A DNA stretch of 34,287 bases from Toensbergia leucococca. Taxonomy: Eukaryota. Location: NCBI GenBank assembly GCA_022813965.1, contig JALDZS010000231.1, positions 1-34,287 on the forward strand. Reading direction: 5' to 3'. Below are positions 10,416 through 20,157 of this stretch, in pieces; positions within the stretch are counted from its first letter, which is position 1, and every line of letters begins with the position of its first letter. Made by a program: the position numbers and the translations under genes. Below the pieces are notes generated by a model. The model was given only the letters and a program-made list of their open reading frames with translations, was not told where the DNA came from and did not search any database.

Positions 10416-12203
10416 TTACTCTCGAAGAAACATCTTATAAGCTGGCGAGTCTGTACAATCGGAAAAGGGATATTGGAGCTTGTTCAAAAAGTCATCGAGC
10501 TCGTGCTTGTCTGCGGCCAGGCACTGAATCCCAGCCAACACCTTTCCTACATCGCCGCCTTCATTCCGGTAATGAAACAGAGAAATGTCCTGATTAGGGT
10601 GCAGAAAACCAAGGAATTTGAGCAAAGCTCCCGGTCGTTCCGGGAATTCAAACATATATAGCCGCTCATTTTGAACATTGCTTCGACCTCCCACAAGATA
10701 CCGCACGTGCGATTTCACCAACTCGTCGCCACTAAGATCCGTGGCCACCATTCCGCCTTTTCCCAAGCGGCCAGTCAATTCTGCCAACTCTGCACTCCTG
10801 GACGAAGAGTTGATTGAAATACCCATCAGAACATTTGCCGATTGGTCTCCGGCATATCTATAGCTGAATTCCGTCACAGCATGCGGAAGGACGGCCTGAA
10901 TTAACGCTCCAAATGCGCCCGGGCGCTCGGGAATATTCACACTAAGTAGAGCTTCTTTATTTTCTCCCAATACAGCACGTTCCGCCACAAAACGAAGGCG
11001 GTCGAAATTCATGTTTGCCCCTGATGCAATTGCAACGAGGGCTCTATTCTGATTTGGTTGTGGATTCCTCGCGACGTACTTTTTCAGTCCCGCAAGGGCC
11101 AAAGCTCCGGCAGGCTCAACGATTGATCTAGTATCCTCGAAAACGTCCTTGATGGCAGCACAAGTCTCATCTGTTGTGACCTCGATGATTTCATCAACAA
11201 CTTCGGAACAGAGACGGAAGGTTTCTTCGCCCACCGTCTTCACAGCAGCACCATCAGCAAATAATCCCACCTCTTTTAGCACCACCCTTTCTTTCTTCTT
11301 CAATGATTGTACCATCGCATTCGCATCATATGTTTCCACCCCAATGATTTTCACATGTGGAGCTATGCGCTTGATGTATACTCCCAGTCCCGCAATAAGT
11401 CCTCCACCACCTACGCAACTGAAAACGGCCTCTAAGTTCTGCAAATTGGTTTGTCGTAGTATTTCCATTCCTATCGTGCCTTGGCCCGCGATGACATAGG
11501 GATCATCAAAGGGAGGGATATTCGTAATACCGTGGAGCTTTTCAAGACGATGTGCTTCTCCCTTTGCAGAATCGAAATCTTCTCCATATAAAACCACAGA
11601 CCCTCCTAGACGAGACACGTTTAAATGCTTGATAGACGGTGTTCCTGATGGCATGACAACTGTAGCAGGTATCTTGAGCTGGCGTGCGGAATATGCAACT
11701 CCCTGAGCATGGTTTCCTGTATTTTCTCAGTCCAAATCTTCTTGTATATCAGTCGCTTCAATCACCAGCAGAGCATGCGACTACGCCTTTCCATCGGTCT
11801 TTCGGATCCAGATGTGCCATTTTATTGTATGCTCCTCTTAGCTTGAAGCTGAAAACTGGTTGAAGATCTTCTCGTTTTAGAAAAACCTTGCATTCTAGTC
11901 TATTGCTTAAATTAATTGCTGGAGTCAAGGGGGTTTCTTTAACGACGTCGTAGACACGGGATGTAAGGATGAGGCGGAGATACTAAGGTAGGTCAGTGAA
12001 GTCTAGCTTTGGAGGGTATGTAAATCACAGACATCTGGATAGCCATCCCGAAGAAGGAATGCGTCGGGCACTTGAGACGAAGCTGTAGATTTGGGATTTT
12101 TTGAAGGCGGTGAAGGATTGGTAGTATTCTCAGTTAACGCGGAGCCGTTGCCATTAAGTATTGCGGGGTCATGAATACCAATGGACAAGGGAACGCTAGA
12201 CAT
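10416..12203 (-). CDS. ILV1: Biosynthetic threonine dehydratase/deaminase
   Basis: Introns 11983-12032 and 11717-11765. Motifs [29 protein letters not shown] (PLP Lys), [28 protein letters not shown] and two C-terminal PERPGA regulatory repeats. Confidence 0.96.
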
Positions 12204-12670
12204 AATGTCTTGTCAGTATCTTGAAGTGTTGCTTGGTCACTTTTTTTTCTATGGAAGACTGTTACACAGAAAGGTAGAGGCAGGGTTGTACTCGTACCTG
12301 AGCTGAAACTGACTGAGAAGCTGACTTGTGCCAAGGAACGTTTCGAAACCCGACCGTTGGTGCGTCTCGGTCCCTCGGTCGCTCTGCTGCTAATGAAGCG
12401 AGCGAAGCTAAATCTCTCGACCAAACAGGGGGTGCAGGGCTAAAAACGAAATGAGAACGTCATCGATACAAATAAAACTCACCTCCACCACTCTCCTTTC
12501 CAAGCCCTAAATCTCCATCCACCATAACTTTCCAACCACAAAACCAAAAAAGGGCCCAAGACATCCACAATCTCACAATCCTCAATTCCAAAAAAACCCC
12601 AATCACATACTCTAGCCTACCAAATCTCCCTCAACTCCCGCTCTCCACAGCCAAAAAATCTAAGCCCACC

Positions 12671-13347
12671 ATGTCATCCAACTCCCCCCTTCCCTCCTCC
12701 TTCGACGGCGACACGTACGTCGTCCCTCCCCTCCCCCTCACATCCACCCAAACCAAGCCCCTACTAATACCCCCGGCACAACAGCGATTTCTACGAAGAA
12801 AACCGCATGCAAAAACTCTGGCGGCGCCTAAAAGAAGAGCCTTTAATCCCCATAGGTCCTCCCCTCCTCCCCATCCTCCCCCCTCCCACCTCCCACCCCC
12901 CACCCCACGCCTCCCCCATAAAGCCAACCAATCTAACGCCCCTTCCCCCTCCCCCCAACAGGCTGCGCCCTAACCTGCTACGCCCTCCTAAACGCCACCC
13001 GCTCCATCCGCGCCGGCGACCACGCGCGCACAAACCGCATGTTCCGCGCCCGGATCTACGCCCAGGGTTTCACGCTCGTGGCCATGGTGGCCGGGTCAAT
13101 GTACTACCAGACGGACCGGACGAAGAGGAAAGAGTTTAACGATCTGGTGGCGGCGAGGAAGGCGAGGGAGAAGAATGAGGCGTGGATTCGGGAGTTGGAG
13201 GCCAGGGATCAGGAGGATCGGGATTGGAGGGTTAGGATGGGGGTGAGGAGGGAGGAGGAGGAGAAGGGGAGGGGTGCGGTGGGGGGAGGGGGGGGAGGTG
13301 GTGGTGTTGGGAAGGCGGTTAAGGAGTTGGTGGGGAAGGGAGAGTAG
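12671..13347 (+). CDS. RCF1: Respiratory supercomplex factor 1 (HIG1 domain)
   Basis: Introns 12715-12784 and 12856-12961 give [68 protein letters not shown]. Confidence 0.93.
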
Positions 13348-13679
13348 GGGGTATGCTTGTTGCATGTATGTGAGTATTTTGGGGGTATTGGGGCGTTGTG
13401 CACAACGGTAAGGCAGTCAGGAACTTTCACATTTCCGCTTCCCAGTTGAGGTGTATGCCGGAATCAGTGCTTTTTTTTTCAATAAACTCCACAGCATGCT
13501 AAGCTTAGAAAAATGTCCCAGGTGGACAGCCCCAATGTGGGATATCGGCGAGGCGAGAAGCCTTCTTACACTAGGCGCAAGAGAACACGCTCGCCGGGTG
13601 GCAAAAGGATTGCTCCGAGACCCAGCCAGCACGCCCTCTTTTCATGCGGCTGATCCGATGAAACTCCTGGTTGCACTAT

Positions 13680-15118
13680 TTAACTCCCAATAGTAAGACG
13701 GTTCGATGCATCCCAGTTCCATTCCGACTCATTTCCCTCCAGACTGAGTCCCTGTAGTTTCTTCTCTTCGACTTCTCGAGAAACCCATTCGGAATGAGCA
13801 ATATCCCAACATGTCACGTGTACATGAACCTTTCTGAATCCTCTCAACTTCAGCAAAGATATTACCATATGCACAATAGCCTCCATGATCTCAGCATCCA
13901 TACCATAGTCCAGCCTAAAGAAAACATGGAGAGTCAATGGAGCCTTATTAACGTCGTGCATGAGAAAGTGCAAAAGCTTTTCCCATCGATGACGAGGCGA
14001 GTGTTCCAGGCCCCATAATGCACACGGTCCTTGAGGGAAAAAAAGGAACTCAATGTGACGGATGGATTTCACTGCGTTATGCGGTAATTGGATAAGACAC
14101 TGAATACTTCGCAGAACGTTACCCCCAAGCCGAAACCTGGCATACTTATAGAAGATGGCAAAGGCGTCCGTTGACACAAGCTTGCTCACTCGGAAAAGCT
14201 CGGTTGAAGAGGCGCTGCATTTGCAGGTGGTAGAAAAAGATGATTGGTTAAAGTTGCAACAGCAGAGAGTGTTTTCCGTGCAAAAATGGCAGCACATGAT
14301 GCCGTAACGGTGCATCCTTCCATCAGTGATGTAGATCCTATTCAAGCAGCCATGACCATCATCATATCTGTGGTGGATCCCATTTCGGACAAGATCAGTG
14401 AAATACAGAATACGGGATCTGATCTCAAACGGGAGGCGCTCAAACGGGAATTGGTTCCGCGATTTCATGATCTCGTCGACTACTGCGCCGGCTGGAGTAC
14501 AAAGACCATCAATAGATCCTGTACCTAGGCGTACCGCACATGTTTTCATCACAGGGAGCTTTTTCAACGCTACCACAATTCGTTCCGCCGCAAGTGAATC
14601 GTCTGCATAAGCGGTGCAAACGAAACGAACCTGGCGTGGGATGATTTTGCTGGCAATGTAGGCGCAAAGAACGTTGAGTTCTGCGGCCGTCTTCTGGCCC
14701 AGAATACCGTCATCCTCCAGGTCATCAGACTCATCTCTATTTAAACGGAGGTGCAAAGCCCTCAATGCTGGAAGGGCTTGTCGGGGCAAGTTTTTCAATG
14801 CTATTAGATTGTTGGATGAAGTTCCGTAGAGTTCGACTCTATTGATTGAAAAGCATACGGCGATAGCTTCTTGGTAGAGTCGGCTACAAGTACAGAAAAG
14901 GTCGATGGGAATCGGCGTGAGGTGAGGCACTTGTATTTGGTCAGTAATTTCTTCCAAGACTTATGTTTAGAGCACTCCATACATTGACCAGGAGCTTTAT
15001 TATATTCGCCTAAAATGATGGTTTTCCATGGTCGGAGAAGATAAGTTTGACCTAGAATCTTCGTCCTAATGCTCTTTGGTAAGTCAAAGAAGGAGATGGG
15101 AGCCTTTGGGAGGACCAT
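13680..15118 (-). CDS. Hypothetical protein with two F-box-like motifs and a Cys-rich segment
   Basis: ATG 15118; intron 14930-14982 (gtatgg..ctgac..aag) joins the two long ORFs in frame. Motifs SFFDLPKSIRTKIL and FPFERLPFEIRSRIL, each followed later by an LF..S......A...F segment; CCHFC..CCC..CKC cluster. Confidence 0.7.
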
Positions 15119-16199
15119 GATGATATATGACACTGAGGCGAGGTACTTGATCTTGGGGGAGGAAAAGAAGAAATCGCGACGATGAGAAGTGGCGTATAAA
15201 TTTTAGTAGAGGTAGCGTGAGGTTTTGAAGAAGGAAGTCATGATGTTGGCTATTCTAGAGGATGGATGCGTGATCTCGGTCAGATGAGCACGTTTAAGTC
15301 CTCAGATGTCTGATGATTGAAGGTGTTGACAGAAGTGAATATTCACAAAGAGGATGACGCAACACATGGTGAACACGTAGCTATAGTAGACAAGTAAGTG
15401 AAGCAACATGGAATGTTGATATGTTAACAGGCCAAATGTGTCCAAAGTCATAAGATGCAGCCGATTCTGGGAAAGCGGTGTCTTGATGCACGTGAGAATG
15501 TCTATTCTATCCTGATGGTTGATAAGGTTGTCTTTTGAATCTGTCAGCACCTCTAACATGAGTTGAAGGCAATTTAACAAGCAATTAGACCTTGCAGAGC
15601 GTTACCTAGCTTCAAGCATGTGTGATGTGTGGTGACAAGCCGGCTTGACACGATTGCGTAAAGTCATATCGAAATGTCAAGAAAAGCAGTAGAGGTTGCT
15701 GGCACTTGAAGGCTGGATTGAATGAGAAAGTAAGAAAATAAAGAGCCGATATTCTGAAAAGGGAGAAATATTTAAAATGATGATGCTGGCGCTTCTGTAG
15801 GTAGGCCTGAGGTCGTTCCTTGTCTTGAGTGAGAACATGATGGGCGAGCTGACCATCAAGATATAAAGAGTTTGAAGTTTGCTATATACAAGGCTCACAT
15901 GATCAAGGGTCTTCTCAGCCCATCTCAGTGAATATTGTGATCGTTACACTGGTCTTCAAGGCGTTTGATTGCTTTCTATTGGTGAGTGAAGGAGTGACGG
16001 CTCCATATCGCTGTGGACGCCCGGAAACTTACAATCTCGCTAGCGTAGGATAGTGCTGTAATTACAGGTACACTAAAGTAGTGTTCCGTAACGTAACCTG
16101 AGATTGACTGTTACAGTCGATGAGTGGCATTTTCGACAGTACCTCCGCCGCCCACCATTGTGCCCTCTTCACCACCTCTTCCTTGCATTCGTCCTGTTC

Positions 16200-16545
16200 A
16201 GCCAATCGGCATCCGTTCTGTTCAGGACTATCATCGAAAGAGTCAAGTCTCTCTCCTGCACAGAAAGCAGAGAACGTTATCCTGAATGCGTCCTCGGTAG
16301 CGGAATCTGTGGCTACTAATAATCATGTTCGCAACGCCCTAGAAGCCACCTTGATCTTCGCCCGGCACGATGCCGGAAATGCAACCTGCGTTGATCCAGC
16401 TGGCTGGCTGGCTTTTGACCTACGCTGACTGCTTCGGTGACACCGAATGAGAGCGGCGAGTGAAAATACCAGTTGGCTACTCTTCCACACCGGCCTAGCA
16501 GTCCAGGTGAAGTGCCGTGTGTGGGACCTCAGACGAGATCTATAT
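16200..16545 (+). pseudogene. Decayed trypsin-like serine protease fragment
   Basis: ATLIFARHDAGNATCVDPAGW, then after a ggct duplication LLTYADCFGDTE*, then WLLFHTGLAVQVKCRVWDLRRDL. This resembles the fungal AGTAxCI.P.GxLLTCxHC..WLL..WD..RDLAL family. It has frameshifts and a stop, and the His position reads Asp. Confidence 0.6.
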
Positions 16546-16699
16546 GAGGCTGCAGGTGGTAGGGCGCCGTGAAGCTTATATGACCAAGAAATCTTGCAAG
16601 AATTGGGATGTTCCGTCACAATCTGTATGCTAGGAAAAAGCCTTGATGCCGAGCGAGACGCTTCCGCTCAACCTCTGAAGATAGTCGTGGCATAGCAAT

Positions 16700-17955
16700 G
16701 CTCGAATCCTACGGAGATAGCCCCCCTCACTGAATTTACAAGAAGATGCACAACCTGATTCTACTCAACCCCCTTCTCGTCGTGGTATCGACGGTATACT
16801 TTGCCACTCTACTTCTTGTCATGTTCTACAAATACCGCCTTTCTGGGTCTGCAACAACTAGCATTGAGCTACCTTTGCTCGGAATGACAGTACAGTCCAT
16901 TGACGTCTACTAAATCGACGTCAGAGCTACCAGTCTACTCTTCATTACAAACAGGTCAAGTACTGCTCCCATTGGCTTGATTGGCTCTCTCATCTTCCTG
17001 TGTTCTTGTTTGCATGCCCGTAGCTTTGCAAACATGTCCAGAGAAGCCAGTGGCTCCAAGGTCAAGGCTTTCTCGATTCGTCTCGAAATACAGAACAATT
17101 ACTGACGCCATGTATAGCATTGCAACTATAGTGGCAGACACATGGCTGCATGTTATCTCCAGAACATTGTCTTATACCAGAACTACTACGGGTTCCATCA
17201 CCAACTGCACCATGAGCAGAGGTCTTTCCCAGGAGTGCCTTGACTGACTCCAAGATCCTTCAAATACCGACACTGGCACTGGCTCGCTCGTTCCTGTCAA
17301 CAAGACCCAGCAATACAGTAGTGAAGCCTACCAAACCGCCGAAGACCGATCAACAATAAACCAGGTTGTCACTTTCACACAAGACCGCCGTACTTATGCA
17401 TATATCACCAACGTCGATGTGCCATCAGATGTTGATTTCAACGCCTCTAGCTTTGCTGTATCGACCGAGTGCACAACACATACAATAAGATGTTGTCCTT
17501 GCCCAGACTATTTCGTTGACCTCAGAACAAAAATTAGGGAGCCTCTCGCATTCCTGCTGGTCAACGACACCTCCCCTTCATTTGATGGCGCCAAAATTCG
17601 CACATCTCCTACAAATCCTTTCTCATGGGGAATATTTGCCCAAGTGGGCGGCTGGATGATGCCAAACAACGTCTAGGTGAATGATTACCCCATAAATGAC
17701 AGGCACATGAACATCAGATTGGGCGTATGTCCCGATTTGAGGCTACCAATGCACTGTACAACCACCGTCTATGATCTCACGTGCCCTCGGTCAAGGGGCT
17801 CATTGACATCTTTCAATCCCACTCTCAGCAACGAAACCCTTGGTGCCCTCGTTAGAGATATATCGGCAAAGGAGGCCGAGCGACGTATCTTTTACAGTGA
17901 CATATCTGTTCATACGGATTGTTCTAATACGTGGAGCAATCTATGCCACCACACC
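16700..17955 (+). pseudogene. Decayed gene for an uncharacterised fungal membrane protein
   Basis: Colinear ORF fragments with recalled family motifs ADTWLH, SRGL..C, EAYQT..STINQV, DVDFNASSFAVSTEC, NPFSW and CTTTVYDLT..NPTLSNETLG, broken by stops. Boundaries approximate. Confidence 0.5.
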
Positions 17956-19103
17956 TTACAATGAAACAACTACCTTCTTCGCGGAAACCCCATCTCTCTG
18001 CACATCAAACGCCTTCTGAATATTCTCCAACCCCTTCCCCACAACCAAAGGCTCAGGCGCAGCAACAAATTTCCCCTCAGCCAGCGCTTTCGGTAGGTAA
18101 TGTTCGTAAATCGCAGCACCGACTTCATTATCCGCCAAATCGCTACCCAAGATGAATTTAGATTCAACCCCATCCGGGATTGGTCCGTTGTAACGCATGA
18201 CCATGGCGGCAAATCTGTTCCCTTTTGCTTGAGAGACGATATCGAGAACCATCTTGCCGGCGTTCAACCCGTGGCCAGCGAGAATAGCGTTGACATTGCC
18301 GACTGTGAGAGTTTCTTTCAGTCAGTCTCCATATTTCCAGTACCGGAGAAAGAAGTTGAAAGAAATCCAGCTTAACATGGGAAAATGAACGTACTACCAA
18401 CCGCGCCAGCAATTGTCTTATCTTCCAAATACGTGACTATATCCTCAACGACGGTTTCACTGCTATAGTCAAAAGCACGACTAGCGCCCAACTTCCTCAC
18501 CAACTCATAATTCTTCGGAGAGCAAGTGGTAATAACCTCACACCCAGCCGCAACACCAAGCTGAATAGCATTGCAGCCCACACTCGATGCTCCGGACCAA
18601 ACAAGCAGCGTTTTCCCCAACGGCTTCGGCTCAACACACGGATACGGCAGCGCCAGCGCATCATCCCCAAACAAACAACAAGCAGCCGTCGAAAGGCCCA
18701 ACGGCACAACACAAGCCTCCTCAAATGACACGCCCTCCGGAACCGGCGCGCACAAATTCTCCGCCAGAAGCGTAATCTCCTGAAACGCCGCCGGCACGCT
18801 CGGATCCGCGCGCCCCTGCGGCGACGCCATGCCCAGCACACGATCTCCGACTTTGAACCGCCCGACGGCGGAGCCGACGGCGGTGACGCGGCCGGCGACG
18901 TCGTGGCCTAGGGTGCAGGGGAATTGGAGGTAGGGGAAGAGGTCTTGGCCCATTAGTTGGATGGCCCAGTCGACGGGGTTGATGGCGACGGCGTGGGTTT
19001 TGAGGAGGATTTGATTTGGGGAAGGTGGGGGGAGGGGGGGAGCGGGGGCGATGGTTAGGGGGGCGCCTTTTGCGGGGAGCCAGGCGGCTTGGTTGGAGGG
19101 CAT
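17956..19103 (-). CDS. Medium-chain dehydrogenase/reductase, enoyl-reductase-like (zinc-binding alcohol dehydrogenase domain family)
   Basis: Intron 18303-18394. Motifs AVAINPVDW, LGHDVAGRV..VG..V..FKVGDRV, VPLGLSTAA, LVWSGASSVGCNAIQL, CSPKNYELVRKLGA..FDY and C-terminal GVSAKKVVVSL. Confidence 0.92.
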
Positions 19104-19406
19104 TGCGTTTTTTTGATGAAGCGAGGGGTCGTTGGAGCGGGAGCTTTCTTTTTTTGATTTCAGGATTTTTGTGGAGTGTTTATGTGGTTGTAAAGTGGAA
19201 TTGTTTTTGCTTTTGCAAGATTTCTTTTTCTTTTTTTGGGGGGGGGGGGGGAAGAAGCTGAATCTTGTGGTTTATATAGCTACCTACATTATGTATAACG
19301 ATGTGCTTATCATGGCTGGACGACATGGTCGTTTTTCCTATTGGTGGAATTAAGGTAAGGCATCTTGCAGATTTTCCCTTAACTCCGGAGTTTTGCTACT
19401 CTCCCC

Positions 19407-19718
19407 ATACCTACCCTACCCTACCTTACGGAGTACCTTACTGATATAGTCCATGATGCTTTACCTTATTGTCAGTTTTAGGAGGAGCGGAGGATGGATT
19501 AAGTTTAATTCATGTCTTATATAAATCATCATCATCGTATCAATCTGATAATAGACCCGCGTTCCCTCATGCTACCTAAGGTAGGTAGGTAGGGTTCTGG
19601 AGATCTAAATCTAAAAGGGCGTGCGTTCGTGCTTGATATATTTACACTACACTACCTACACTACACTACCTAAGGAAGGTACCCCTACCCCTACCCTACC
19701 CCTACCCTACCTTAGGTA
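19407..19718. repeat. Cluster of TACC/TACCC/CTACA micro-repeats and short palindromes
   Basis: tacctaccctaccctacc (about 19408), ctacctaaggtaggtaggtaggg (about 19573), actacactacctacactacactacc and (taccc)n (about 19645-19712). Confidence 0.85.
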
Positions 19719-20157
19719 TCTGCGCTCCTTCACACATGCATAGCCTCCACTTCCATCCCTCCCTCCCCCCACCCACTGCCAATATACCTTTCAGTCATCA
19801 GAAGAATAAAAAAAGGTCAATTCGGAGAAATCCGTGATCTGGGATCTTAGTACAGTAAGTGAACACGAATAACATTCGTAGAAGGCAGGCCCTCCCCTGG
19901 GTATTTATATATGCTACAATACAAAACTCACAAATAAAGACTTTGAACAAAAAAAAAAAAGGGATCGTACTTGATTCCCCAAAGGAGGCCAAACCCAATC
20001 TCCAACGCAACAAAAAAGGGGGCTTTCAAATCACGACCTCGATTCCAACAGGCTCAAAACGTCACAATGTGCACAAAAACTATTGACATCCTAATCACTC
20101 CACCCATGACAACCCCCCCCTTATCAATTTCTCAAGTCCCCCACAGAGAACACAAAA

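Noticed and set aside
12310..12316. TGACTGA as a Gcn4/CpcA site in the ILV1 promoter
   Set aside because: One mismatch from TGACTCA and a single copy; too weak without conservation data.
14804..15133. Apparent frameshift between the two F-box-like ORFs
   Set aside because: Explained by a 53-nt intron (14930-14982) with a branch site and AAG acceptor that restores the frame.
15300..15950. Possible gene relic and a near-palindrome at 15632-15651
   Set aside because: No interpretable protein motif; one short palindrome is not sufficient evidence.
1..19103. Secondary-metabolite or RiPP cluster suggested by the S41 peptidase, PTH11-like protein and enoyl-reductase-like gene
   Set aside because: No PKS, NRPS, terpene synthase, DUF3328 protein or KR-repeat precursor in the window, and the genes are separated by housekeeping genes. 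Sequence left of the window is unseen.
19680..19715. (taccc)n and a ttaggg at about 33758 as interstitial telomere repeats
   Set aside because: Not tandem TTAGGG; simple repeats or a single chance match.
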